IMG/VR virus record: IMGVR_UViG_3300048091_000425
Reading direction: 5' to 3' (one strand)
Source of the DNA: a virus
DNA length: 64,000 nt
Shown here: piece after piece, positions 1 through 8,966 of the stretch
How positions within the stretch are numbered: position 1 is the stretch's first letter
Layout of the letters: each line of letters starts with the position of its first letter
Made by a program: the position numbers and the translations under genes
Notes under the pieces: model-generated
What the model was told of the DNA's origin: nothing
Seen by the model: only the letters and a program-made list of their open reading frames with translations
Database searches by the model: none

Positions 1-37
1 CAACGAAGACGTGAATTTTCATTTTTCGCTTCCTGCT

Positions 38-931
38 TTATGGGTGATTACGCCATTTCGCTGCTAGGCCCTTAAGTTCGTCGCGGATGACGTTCAAATT
101 AAGTGGGCTTAGACGCTTCTTATCGGCAATAAAAGCGGTCAGCAGAAACCCCTCCCCGAACCATTTGCGCCCAGGTTTGACGTAGCAAGAAACCGGAGCA
201 TTGATTGTCTCTTGAAGAGCCAGCATGTCAGCCGAGACAGGAACATACTTCTTGTTCAACAGAACCCAAACAATAACACCCTCAGTCTTCAGCTGGTAAT
301 CATAAGCAACCAGCGCATGACCATGGAAATCTCCACTGAAAGTTTTGTAGACCGAGGCGATAAACTCCTGAGAAAGCAGATTATCCTCATCCAAAATCCC
401 GCAATCTTCGGAAAACGAGAAGGTCTTGAAATAGCCTTCCAACAGCGGCAATCCGTGAATACCTCGATCCATTTTAGTCGCCGGGTAATCGAAAAGCTTG
501 CGCTCCGGATCCACCTGGCGCATCAGCATGAACAACGGCTCGACGCCACACAGTTCAGTGACCTCCACAAGATCGGTCAGCGGAATACTCCGGTCAGTGC
601 CCACGTAACGCTCGAAAATATTCTTGAGCAAGGCCCTGGCGCTGTGCAGGCCTGGTTTTGCCTCCAACTGCGCAAGCGAGGTCACATCCACCGTAGTTCT
701 GGCTCTGGCGAGATCGTAGGAGGTCTGCAGGCTCATCCAGAAATCAGCCTTCTCGTTGAGTACCTTCTCGAGGCGGATGGCTGTCTCCGGGGTGATTGCG
801 GCCTTGCCGGTCAGAATCCGACTGATGCTGGCGGGAGACATGCCCATGGCCACTGCCAGTTCTGAAGGCCGGACATTCATATGGGGCAGGATGTCAGAAG
901 AGATGATTTCGCCGGGGGATCTGATCGTCAT
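38..931 (-). CDS. higA: HigA-family XRE-HTH antitoxin fused to a ~200-aa C-terminal domain of unknown function
   Basis: N-terminus SPGEIISSDIL...SELAVAMGMSPASISRILTGKAAITPETAIRLEKVL...FWMSLQTSYDL is typical HigA; C-terminal region not recognised. Confidence 0.85.
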   Translation of the reverse strand: MTIRSPGEIISSDILPHMNVRPSELAVAMGMSPASISRILTGKAAITPETAIRLEKVLNEKADFWMSLQTSYDLARARTTVDVTSLAQLEAKPGLHSARALLKNIFERYVGTDRSIPLTDLVEVTELCGVEPLFMLMRQVDPERKLFDYPATKMDRGIHGLPLLEGYFKTFSFSEDCGILDEDNLLSQEFIASVYKTFSGDFHGHALVAYDYQLKTEGVIVWVLLNKKYVPVSADMLALQETINAPVSCYVKPGRKWFGEGFLLTAFIADKKRLSPLNLNVIRDELKGLAAKWRNHP

Positions 932-960
932 GATGAGGCTTATCCTGAGGTAATGATCCG

Positions 961-993
961 ATTGTAGTTGCTCCTTGCGTAAGGCGCAACTAC
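961..993 (-). promoter_or_regulatory. sigma70 promoter of higA overlapped by a 30-bp palindromic operator
   Basis: Minus strand TTGCGC-17-TACAAT (989-961); palindrome GTAGTTGCTCCTTGCGTAAGGCGCAACTAC at 964-993. Confidence 0.7.
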
Positions 994-1025
994 ATAGTCA
1001 ATACTCAGCAAATAACTTGCTTAAC

Positions 1026-1319
1026 CTACCAAGTGCCCGTGAAGGAGTACTCGAGCTGACGGGCAGCCTCGGAACGCATGTTGCGCCAGACTATGAGCCA
1101 CTCATCCAAGGTGTAATCACTCAAGCGAGGCACCATCACCGAGCAGCTCGACCAGTTGGCCGCTCCGCCACCGGTGAAGTACAGGTAGCCATTCCCTTTG
1201 ACCAAACGCTCTTTTGCGCCGATCTTGGCCAGCGCGTCGTTGACAGCGGCAAAGGTCAGTCGAGGACGCTGCTCCGATGCGGTCTTGTCTTTAACGGTGG
1301 TGCGTTTGGAGGTCGACAT
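1026..1319 (-). CDS. hypothetical protein
   Basis: 97-aa ORF directly downstream of a CTAG-box promoter. Confidence 0.65.
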   Translation of the reverse strand: MSTSKRTTVKDKTASEQRPRLTFAAVNDALAKIGAKERLVKGNGYLYFTGGGAANWSSCSVMVPRLSDYTLDEWLIVWRNMRSEAARQLEYSFTGTW

Positions 1320-1353
1320 ACCAGGCTTCCTGCTGAATGGGTCATTGAGGAAG

Positions 1354-1382
1354 ATAGTATTACGCTAGGGGTTAATTAGCAA
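1354..1382 (-). promoter_or_regulatory. CTAG-box sigma70 promoter, copy 1
   Basis: TTGCTA-attaacccctagcgtaa-TACTAT. Confidence 0.75.
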
Positions 1383-1492
1383 GCATCCGCACAATTATTT
1401 TGATTGTTTGGGAGGCTCTGTTAACCTGGATGGCTCTGTTGAATTCAGGGCGAGTTCGCGAGTGGCGTGCTCCTAGAGTCCTGGTACCGAAC

Positions 1493-1729
1493 ATGAGCAG
1501 ATCACGCCGCAAGACCCCGATAATCGGCCACACCACAGCCGTCTCCGAATCCTTCGACAAAGCCAAGTGGCACCGCGCTTTTCGCCGAGCTGAGAATAAA
1601 CGCCTGAGCTGCGACCCTGAAAGCGAATCGCACCACCTGAAAGAGTTCTTTAATCCGTACAGCATGCACAAGGACGGCAAGCAGTGGATTGGGATTCCGT
1701 GCCGCCACCCGGAAGAAATGCGAAAGTGA
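1493..1729 (+). CDS. small basic conserved hypothetical protein
   Basis: MSRSRRKTPIIGHTTA...KDGKQW; ATG at 1493 preferred to the TTG at 1400. Confidence 0.6.
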   Translation: MSRSRRKTPIIGHTTAVSESFDKAKWHRAFRRAENKRLSCDPESESHHLKEFFNPYSMHKDGKQWIGIPCRHPEEMRK

Positions 1730-1764
1730 CCTCGCGCTCTGCCTAACCGCCTGATCCTGGTCAG

Positions 1765-2202
1765 CTAGAGCGCGTAGTCTTCCTCATCAAAACACAACTC
1801 GGCACCCCGGAGAATATTGGTCTCCACCACGGGCACGCCAGCGGCAGCATGCTCAGCCGTGAAGAACTCGGCCAATCCACGTTCAGTGGCTGCCATTTTA
1901 CATTCGCCATCGTAGATGTTGCAGCCAATCAAGACGATATCCCCCATCCCCTTCCCGTGCGGTTGCATCATCACAATCGTGGCGACACCTACGCGGGCCA
2001 ATTGCTCCTTGGTGAACACGCTGAAAACGGACAGTTTCGGATTGTTGAACTGCCTGATCCATCGGGCGGCGTCTTCGTGGGTCGAGAACCGACGATAGCG
2101 AGCCGCTGGGAAGCCATGAACCTGCTCGTACGCACCGTAGTACCAAGACTCGTACACACCGGGATTAAGGCCTTTGGCAACAGCGTAGTATTTGTGTCCC
2201 AT
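1765..2202 (-). CDS. RNase H1 N-terminal hybrid-binding (viroplasmin) domain protein without a catalytic domain
   Basis: KYYAVAKGLNPGVYESW...VHGFPAARYRRFSTHEDAARW matches the viroplasmin motif; no RNase H fold follows. Confidence 0.8.
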   Translation of the reverse strand: MGHKYYAVAKGLNPGVYESWYYGAYEQVHGFPAARYRRFSTHEDAARWIRQFNNPKLSVFSVFTKEQLARVGVATIVMMQPHGKGMGDIVLIGCNIYDGECKMAATERGLAEFFTAEHAAAGVPVVETNILRGAELCFDEEDYAL

Positions 2203-2210
2203 ATCGGCTC

Positions 2211-2402
2211 CTATCGCCGTAGAGCTTTACGCTTGGCCTTGGCAAAGCGTTCGTTTATCGATTTCTCAGTTTCCGAGCTGACAAGCTCACGTGCAAAATC
2301 GCTCACAGGCGCTTTTGACTCGTAGCGGCGCAAAACTCTCGTGAGGAAGTCGTCCTTTTTGCCGAAGCGGATGACCTTGATCAAATTCATGAACCACTTC
2401 AT
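2211..2402 (-). CDS. hypothetical protein
   Basis: 63-aa ORF in a coupled operon. Confidence 0.5.
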   Translation of the reverse strand: MKWFMNLIKVIRFGKKDDFLTRVLRRYESKAPVSDFARELVSSETEKSINERFAKAKRKALRR

Positions 2403-2635
2403 TCCCGCTGCTCCGGCGCGAGTGAAACCACTCGGTTGTTATAGTCGACGACCATCGCTTGCGAGCACTTGCTGTTACGGCACACTAGCTCCTGGAATTG
2501 CAGCATCGTCGTTGGCGGTTCAAACGACTTTGTACACGCCGGGCACGTCACGCTCCAGCGATTCGTTCGTTTGTCACTCGACGCCCCCAGATACTCCGGA
2601 GTCGTCTCTGCTTTGGCCATAATAATTGCCTTCAA
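2399..2635 (-). CDS. zinc-ribbon hypothetical protein
   Basis: CPAC...CRNSKC; 4-nt overlaps with both neighbours. Confidence 0.6.
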   Translation of the reverse strand: MKAIIMAKAETTPEYLGASSDKRTNRWSVTCPACTKSFEPPTTMLQFQELVCRNSKCSQAMVVDYNNRVVSLAPEQRE

Positions 2636-3456
2636 ATGACTTGTCCGCTAGCTACTGCCGCCCGCGCCTGCCGGAAGTCGCGCTTGAGGTGCACGTACAC
2701 CACATAGGCGCCCAGGGCTGCCACCAGGTGCTTGATCGAATGACCGCTCACGTACATGAAGGCCTCGTAGATCGCGCCGTCCCAGTGCTCGCAGGCCTTG
2801 GCCGTGGCGTAGTACACGATCACCAGCCAGATCGTTTTCGACTTCAAGAACTCGGCCTTGGTCTTGCTGATGAGGATTGGAACCAAAACCAGGGGCAGGA
2901 ACTGCACCAGGACGTATGGACGCAAGTCGCCATGGCCCTGCCCTTCGGTATACCACCAGTAGCCCACCGAGCCGATACCCAGCACCAGCAGCGGCCCAAG
3001 CAAGGCTTTGGCCAGCGGCATGCTCGCGTGGTACCCGATCACCATGCAGAAGAAGGCCATGAACGAAATGGTCATCGGCAGCCTGTCCCATACCAGGGTC
3101 AGGTTGGTCGGATTGGAGTGGTAGTACGCTGATCCGAGCCCAGTCAGCAGGATGCCGATGAAGAACGTGATGAACAGAGAAGTCGCCTCTTTGCCGGCGA
3201 ACCGCCAGGCCTGCCGAAACTTGACCATGCACGTCAGAACCAGGCCGGACACGCCCAGCGTGATGAACGGCAGATTGGAGGCCACATTCCAGAAGTTGTC
3301 GACGCCCAGCAGGTGCCGGTGGTCAACAAACAGGTGGTAGGCAGGATCCTGACTGATCGCCGGGATGAAGAACAACGCCATGAAAGCGACCACCGCAACG
3401 GCGGCCATGACCCAGGCTTTCACAGCCGAAATGCTGAACTGCACGGTAACGCTCAT
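2632..3456 (-). CDS. alkaline ceramidase-like (CREST superfamily) membrane hydrolase
   Basis: About 7 TM segments; NVASNLPF, GSAYYH (SxxxH), WDRLPM and GHSIKH (HxxxH) motifs. Confidence 0.8.
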   Translation of the reverse strand: MSVTVQFSISAVKAWVMAAVAVVAFMALFFIPAISQDPAYHLFVDHRHLLGVDNFWNVASNLPFITLGVSGLVLTCMVKFRQAWRFAGKEATSLFITFFIGILLTGLGSAYYHSNPTNLTLVWDRLPMTISFMAFFCMVIGYHASMPLAKALLGPLLVLGIGSVGYWWYTEGQGHGDLRPYVLVQFLPLVLVPILISKTKAEFLKSKTIWLVIVYYATAKACEHWDGAIYEAFMYVSGHSIKHLVAALGAYVVYVHLKRDFRQARAAVASGQVI

Positions 3457-4064
3457 TATTGTTCCTTACGATCTTCAGGGATTGCAGTTTCAGTCGGTGG
3501 CTTTACCCATGGCCCCCAATACCGTTTGGACATAAGCTCGTGCCACTTGGTATCGCCATGAAAGAGACCGGAAGCCATGTTCCGTTCCGGGCAATACCAA
3601 ACCCAATCGCCGGGGAACGGTGCCCAATACCAACCACGTGGAACCGCCTGCATCGCAGACTCTGCGTGCCAGCCTGGCGTAAGTGGCACCTGGTCTGCTT
3701 TGAGCGCCTCACCGACGAGATAGCTTAGCCACATCTGGCGCTCTTTAAACATCCCTTCTGGAGGTTCATTGCCGGCTTCGATGTGAACAGCCATCCGGTT
3801 GCCCACATTGACGAGCTTTTCCTCAAGCTCAGCACGCCCGTCCGAGCCAGCGCGGGTGTTCCATGCGCGGCGAGTAGCGGCATCGAAGCCATCCAAGTCA
3901 AACTTACTGGCACTGTCCACGAAATCACTGCGGTTTACGGCTGGCCCGCGAGCCCCGCAAAAACACAGTACGAAGCCACGCCCATGCTCCGAGGCAAGCC
4001 CCATCCCTTCGTGTTCCCCGCAATGGGCGCAGTGTGCGTAGTGCTTGTCCGGAAACATCGTCAT
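3456..4064 (-). CDS. Lar-like restriction-alleviation zinc-finger domain plus C-terminal extension
   Basis: CAHCG...CFCGARGP...AWNTRA pattern of the Lar family. Confidence 0.6.
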   Translation of the reverse strand: MTMFPDKHYAHCAHCGEHEGMGLASEHGRGFVLCFCGARGPAVNRSDFVDSASKFDLDGFDAATRRAWNTRAGSDGRAELEEKLVNVGNRMAVHIEAGNEPPEGMFKERQMWLSYLVGEALKADQVPLTPGWHAESAMQAVPRGWYWAPFPGDWVWYCPERNMASGLFHGDTKWHELMSKRYWGPWVKPPTETAIPEDRKEQ

Positions 4065-4154
4065 GGCAATTTCCTTGAAAAGTTAAGCTGGTGACGTGTG
4101 GCGTTATGGGAAAGAGCCAGCCTCCTGCGGAGGAGTGTCGACTCTCTCGATCCC

Positions 4155-4928
4155 TCACCAGCCCTGCGTTCGGCCAACCAGGTCAACGAACACCGGCGCT
4201 TGGATGTGCTGCCAGGTCTCGACGAAGGATTCTGAATCCCAGCCACCGGTGCAGGTGTTGTAGGCATCCCGGTAAAAGTCGTAGGCACGAGCCGTACTGA
4301 AGCTTTCACCATCGTATCGACGCACGCAATACAGATAGGCATCTTTGTCCATGACGGCGTACTCAAAGCGACCAATGAACAACGCCTTGCCTGGATTAGC
4401 CTCCAGCAACTTGCGGTAACGGCCCAGCAACTGGTTATAGGTCAAAATCTCGGCCAGGAGGTCGGCATAGGCCTGCAGCAACTGGGCTTCTGTGTAGGCA
4501 CCGCCGCTCCCATCTTCTGCCAACAAGCCATGGTCGTCACAGATGGCGAGGAAATCTTTGGCCTCGGAAATGTCGTGAACCGTCACACCGCAGTCGTGAA
4601 GGACGTTCATCGCCGCCAGTTTGATATCGCTAGCCTGGACGGCGGTGGTGACACTGGCGGCCACGCCAGCCTTCCTGTCACGCCGACCGGCGTCAGCCCA
4701 GCCAATCACTCGACACAAAGGGATTTCGAACTTTTCGTGCAGGCCACCAGCGGGGTTCGTGGTGCTCAGCGCACCCGCTGGGAACGTTTTCGAACTCCGC
4801 AACACATCGCCGGCGTGGATCGAACCATCATCGAGCAAGAAAATGCAGGGGCCATCAAATGGGCCTGGCAGTCCTGCTGTGAAGGTTACATTTACAGGCT
4901 GCCCATCGGGCCGGGTAACGTTTGGCAT
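4155..4928 (-). CDS. hypothetical protein, paralog of 4983-5483 with an extra N-terminal domain
   Basis: Shared CDxHGLL...AYTEA..LL...PGKAL.IG...YAV.DKD.YLY...AYNTC.GGW...FVETW. Confidence 0.7.
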   Translation of the reverse strand: MPNVTRPDGQPVNVTFTAGLPGPFDGPCIFLLDDGSIHAGDVLRSSKTFPAGALSTTNPAGGLHEKFEIPLCRVIGWADAGRRDRKAGVAASVTTAVQASDIKLAAMNVLHDCGVTVHDISEAKDFLAICDDHGLLAEDGSGGAYTEAQLLQAYADLLAEILTYNQLLGRYRKLLEANPGKALFIGRFEYAVMDKDAYLYCVRRYDGESFSTARAYDFYRDAYNTCTGGWDSESFVETWQHIQAPVFVDLVGRTQGW

Positions 4929-4982
4929 GATGCTTTTCCTTTATGCACGGCGCCGAATCTCTCAATCCGGCGCGGTTCCATG

Positions 4983-5483
4983 TTATTGGGCGAAATCGAG
5001 AAACACAGGATCTTCGATATACCGCCAGGTCTCAACGAAGGTATCCGCATTCCAACCACCGACGCAGGTGTTGTACGCCGAGCTATCAAAATCGTAGACG
5101 CCGGCCTCGGTGAAGGTTTCCGTGTTGGATTTGTTAACCCCGTACAAGTAACCATCCTTGTCCAGGACAGCGTAGTCATCTTGGCCGATGTGCAGCGCCT
5201 TGCCTGGATGAAGCTCCAGCAGGCGACGGTAGTGACCCAGAACCTGATCGTAGGTCAAAACTTCGACCAGCAGCTCACGATAGGCCGTCAGAAGCCCGGC
5301 TTCGGTGTAGGCGTCCTGATCGGTGTCGGTGGCCAGAAGTCCATGCTCATCGCAGAAGGCAACAAACGCTTTGGCATCAGCAAACTCGCGAATCACCTTG
5401 CTGGTGTTGTCGAGGACGTTCAGTACGGCCTCTTTTACGTCATCTACTTGATGAACGGTGGCGCTTTTGTCGTTTGCGGTCAT
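4983..5483 (-). CDS. hypothetical protein, paralog of 4155-4928
   Basis: Same conserved block; first gene after a CTAG-box promoter. Confidence 0.7.
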   Translation of the reverse strand: MTANDKSATVHQVDDVKEAVLNVLDNTSKVIREFADAKAFVAFCDEHGLLATDTDQDAYTEAGLLTAYRELLVEVLTYDQVLGHYRRLLELHPGKALHIGQDDYAVLDKDGYLYGVNKSNTETFTEAGVYDFDSSAYNTCVGGWNADTFVETWRYIEDPVFLDFAQ

Positions 5484-5548
5484 GGAGTCTTCCGTCCTGG
5501 TCGATTGCGGCCACGCCGGGAAGGGCTTGGCCGCTGGAAAGTAGGACT

Positions 5549-5577
5549 ATTGTATTATTCTAGGGATTCATTAGCAA
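5549..5577 (-). promoter_or_regulatory. CTAG-box sigma70 promoter, copy 2
   Basis: TTGCTA-atgaatccctagaataa-TACAAT. Confidence 0.8.
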
Positions 5578-5598
5578 GCAGTTATCGCCAATTCACTG

Positions 5599-6054
5599 CT
5601 ATTTATCGACTTTTGGCTTGAGGTCATCCCAAGAAAGCTCGCGAAGAACCCCGGAACAATTTCCCGAGAATACATCGCTACATAGCTTCCCAGCTTTACT
5701 TGGGCCAATCATGGGAGAGATCATTTGTCCGCAGTCCGGGCAAAGGTTCCAGTCAGACCGAAGTTCAAGTCCAGGCGCATCAGCGAATAGGAAACTCTCT
5801 GCGTAGCGCAAATGAGCGCGTCGAATGTTCGCATCATCATAACCGTTGCGAGCCAATTCCAAGGCTTGACGCCCCTTCTCTACCGCTTCACCGCCAGTTC
5901 CGTGCCTCCAGAAGCCACTGTTGTCTTTAAGCATTCCTGCTACAGAACTGAGTGCAGACGTCGCGCTATACAGGCGAGCGCAGTGTTGAATGAGCTCTTC
6001 GCGAGTGCATTCATCGAACGGGGTTTGTCCCCATTGAAGCTCTTTGTCGGCCAT
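5599..6054 (-). CDS. hypothetical protein with C-terminal Cys cluster
   Basis: 151-aa ORF, CPDC...C...C. Confidence 0.6.
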   Translation of the reverse strand: MADKELQWGQTPFDECTREELIQHCARLYSATSALSSVAGMLKDNSGFWRHGTGGEAVEKGRQALELARNGYDDANIRRAHLRYAESFLFADAPGLELRSDWNLCPDCGQMISPMIGPSKAGKLCSDVFSGNCSGVLRELSWDDLKPKVDK

Positions 6055-6090
6055 GCGTGAGAAGCCCTCCAGGCTAGTTTTCGTGGTCAG

Positions 6091-6348
6091 TTATTCGTCC
6101 TTACGGGTTTCGACGGTGAAGTCGATGGTGTCGTAGCCACCAAAGCCGCTGTGCAGCTCATCCCGGATGTTCATCGCATGAAAGGCGCCGAACTCGCAGA
6201 CGTCTTGGCAGAAGCGAGCTTCGCTGATGCCGGCAGGCTTGATAACCTTTACACCGGTCTTGAAGTCGCAGCGCTCAGCTTTGAATTTGGTGCCATTGCG
6301 ACTGGTGTGCCCAAACTTGCGTTCAGCCATCGGAGTGTTGTTCAACAT
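6091..6348 (-). CDS. hypothetical protein
   Basis: 85-aa ORF downstream of a CTAG-box promoter. Confidence 0.55.
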   Translation of the reverse strand: MLNNTPMAERKFGHTSRNGTKFKAERCDFKTGVKVIKPAGISEARFCQDVCEFGAFHAMNIRDELHSGFGGYDTIDFTVETRKDE

Positions 6349-6428
6349 ATCAAGCCTTCCTTGTGTTCGGCACGGGCGGCGCCGGTCAATTGGAGCGCAG
6401 CTTTGTCCGCTCCGCTCTTTCGCCTACA

Positions 6429-6457
6429 AATGTATTACCCTAGGGCTTCACGCGCAA
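6429..6457 (-). promoter_or_regulatory. CTAG-box sigma70 promoter, copy 3
   Basis: TTGCGC-gtgaagccctagggtaa-TACATT. Confidence 0.75.
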
Positions 6458-6529
6458 GCTATTTATTGCTATTCTTTGTGGCAAGCCAACACTGGCTCCT
6501 TAAGCACACTGGAAACCGTGGAAGAATAA

Positions 6530-6769
6530 ATGGACGACATCGACTACAAAGAAACCGATATGGCCGAACTCAACATGAATGAGTTCGTTTCCCATAACAT
6601 CACACTGCAACGGATCGTGTCCGACGGGCGAATGAAGTTCAAGGTGATCGCTGGGCGCAATCGTTATGGCTTAAACACTGAATACGAACACGACACCGAG
6701 CTGGCAGCCAAGCAGGACTTCATGACCCGTGTGCGCGAGACCCTGGCACTCCCTGAAGGTACCTATTAA
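6530..6769 (+). CDS. hypothetical protein
   Basis: 79-aa ORF, TAATG-coupled to the next gene. Confidence 0.55.
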   Translation: MDDIDYKETDMAELNMNEFVSHNITLQRIVSDGRMKFKVIAGRNRYGLNTEYEHDTELAAKQDFMTRVRETLALPEGTY

Positions 6770-7047
6770 TGGAAGTTAAGTATGGCGATGGCCAGACCAA
6801 GTTCGGCCCAGGCGTCCTCATCGAAATGACCGGGGATGAGGTGGCGACAGCGATTGACGCCTACCTCGTTGCCCACGGAGTTAGCGTACGCGGCCCGCGT
6901 ACCATCAGGCTCAACGAAACGCTCTGCACCCACATGGACATGGAGATGTACGTCGATCCAAGTGGTTCGGTCGTCGCCGGCGAGACACGCTTCTCTGGCA
7001 GCGGCCCGGAAACGGATGAAGCAGACCGCCGTGCTTTGTTAGACTGA
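6769..7047 (+). CDS. hypothetical protein
   Basis: 92-aa ORF in operon. Confidence 0.6.
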   Translation: MEVKYGDGQTKFGPGVLIEMTGDEVATAIDAYLVAHGVSVRGPRTIRLNETLCTHMDMEMYVDPSGSVVAGETRFSGSGPETDEADRRALLD

Positions 7048-7056
7048 CAACCAGCG

Positions 7057-7521
7057 ATGAAAAAACGGAGCCTCAGAATGCCGATCACCACTAAAGAATT
7101 TGCCCTCAAACTCCAAGCCTGGCTTGATCCTCTGGACGCTGCGCAGGTCGAGTGTGATGGTATGTGCCGGTTGATCTCGGCAGTGCTGAGCGCCAACGAC
7201 ATCGAGCATGAGGTGATTGGCGGCATCTTGAGCGACCGGGATGGGGCAACCCCTGAAATGACGCACTTCTGGGTTGAGCTCCCTAACGGATACACCATCG
7301 ACTACCGAGCTCGCATGTGGATGGGAGAAGAAGCGCAACACGGGGTGTTCATCAGATCCAGTGATCGCTTCGTTTATGAATCGCGTGGTGAGGTCGTCTT
7401 CAATTACCTGCCTAACTGGATACTTCAGGCTATGAGTGGTATCGACCTTGAAAGCTACCCTGTCCTGGATGTGGTTGGCGCCATCGAAACCAGAGACCAT
7501 GACGAAAGCCCAACCCCATGA
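7057..7521 (+). CDS. putative papain/transglutaminase-like Cys-His-Asp protein
   Basis: ECDG...THFWV...IDY order of candidate triad residues (inference). Confidence 0.5.
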   Translation: MKKRSLRMPITTKEFALKLQAWLDPLDAAQVECDGMCRLISAVLSANDIEHEVIGGILSDRDGATPEMTHFWVELPNGYTIDYRARMWMGEEAQHGVFIRSSDRFVYESRGEVVFNYLPNWILQAMSGIDLESYPVLDVVGAIETRDHDESPTP

Positions 7522-7699
7522 ACGACCAATGGCTGGGTTCCCCTACCCGGCTTTGCCAGTTCTCCTGAGCGTCGACGATATTGGTAAATTGTCAGCCGTT
7601 TGAGTACCATCTGGTCTCTTTCGAGCGGTTGTCATTACTGTAGCAAATCGACTTCGCTATGCTCTGCACACCTCGAAAACGAATCACACGGACGCCCTG

Positions 7700-8272
7700 A
7701 TGAACAACCAATCGACCGAAGCAAAACTCGACTGTCCACTCGCCCAGAAGGTGATGGACTTTTTGAATGAGGCAGGCCTGCCGGTCTCGGTTGTTCCAGG
7801 AGTGACTGGTTTCGTGAAGAACATCGCGCTCGTTGAGGGTAAAGTGCAGGTCGACCCAAAGTGCTTGCCGTCCGTCTTGCTCCACGAAGCCGGACACCTG
7901 GCGGTAATTCCGTCACGATACCGACACATGATGAGTGGCAACCTGTACGCCAGCATGCGGCAGATCTTTGCAGATCCGGAAATCGACCTCATGAACCCCG
8001 ATGAACCGGTCTCCCGCGCCCTCCTCCAATGCGGCGACTCTGAAGTCACCGCTTGGGCCTGGGCGGTCGGGAAGCATCTTGGCATCGATGAAGACCAGAT
8101 CATCCTGGACGATCAGTATCAGGAAGGTGGGGATTTCATTCGGATTCAGCTTCAAACACGGGGTTACATCGGCATTAACGGGTTGTCGCACGGTGGATTT
8201 TGCGTCCCGCGTGCCAACTCTTACCGGCCTTTACCCGTCTACCCGCAATTAGCTTTTTGGCTACAACCTTAA
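7700..8272 (+). CDS. HExxH zincin-like protein
   Basis: LLHEAGHLAV plus downstream E (DSEVTAWAW). Confidence 0.6.
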   Translation: MNNQSTEAKLDCPLAQKVMDFLNEAGLPVSVVPGVTGFVKNIALVEGKVQVDPKCLPSVLLHEAGHLAVIPSRYRHMMSGNLYASMRQIFADPEIDLMNPDEPVSRALLQCGDSEVTAWAWAVGKHLGIDEDQIILDDQYQEGGDFIRIQLQTRGYIGINGLSHGGFCVPRANSYRPLPVYPQLAFWLQP

Positions 8273-8313
8273 ACACTATGCGTTGCCACCGAAATTTATA
8301 AGAGGCTTGCAAG

Positions 8314-8853
8314 ATGCTTCCTGAAACACTTTCACAATGTGCAGAAACCAGGAAAAAACTGCGCGATATCAAGAGCGCTCATGAATATGCGCTGTCTTTT
8401 GGTGATGTTCCAGCTGTTAATTGGGCTGAAGCCTCAATCTACGCAATTAGTTGGTCAGTATTTTTAGTGTCACTTTGTGCGGCTGTTTCAATCATTCCAA
8501 AGGACGCTGTACTGTTGATTATTCTAGGATTTATAATCAGCATTTCAATGGGTGCGGCAACCTGGTTCATCGCCTCCAAGTTTATTGAGCACCATATAAG
8601 AAACAAACCAACATGGGTCATGATGCTCGAAGAAAAACTCTGCTCGTATACACCAATTGATGCTGGTAGATTTCAAAAATTTCAAAATGCAGTCAAAATA
8701 AAAGGCTGTATTGAAGAGGCTGAATTCAAATCATGGTTCGAAGACGAGCGCCAGGCGATTAAGTCTCATAATGCGCATCTTCAGTATTTGTCCACGAACG
8801 TCAACATTAGCCCCAAAGGGCCGTTTATGACAATGCCAATAGTGAAAGATTGA
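8314..8853 (+). CDS. 2-TM membrane protein, homolog of 26175-26621
   Basis: Two hydrophobic helices then W...L..Y.P.D......Q......G........W...E. Confidence 0.65.
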   Translation: MLPETLSQCAETRKKLRDIKSAHEYALSFGDVPAVNWAEASIYAISWSVFLVSLCAAVSIIPKDAVLLIILGFIISISMGAATWFIASKFIEHHIRNKPTWVMMLEEKLCSYTPIDAGRFQKFQNAVKIKGCIEEAEFKSWFEDERQAIKSHNAHLQYLSTNVNISPKGPFMTMPIVKD

Positions 8854-8966
8854 CGCTTCTGTTTAATATTAAAAAACCAGGCGTCAACGATAATTTGAGC
8901 GCCTGGTTTAAGCCAACCATGATTTCAATAAGCCCGTCTTACGCGGGAAGTACGAGCTCTCTCCGA

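Noticed and set aside
212-865. Long antisense ORFs (also 4530-5621, 18013-18738, 21893-22780, 32551-33636, 62367-63176)
   Set aside because: They lie opposite recognisable or operon-coupled genes and have no motifs; treated as shadows of codon bias.
1026-1319. ORF upstream of higA as a HigB toxin
   Set aside because: No RelE/HigB motifs, and higA has its own promoter between the two genes.
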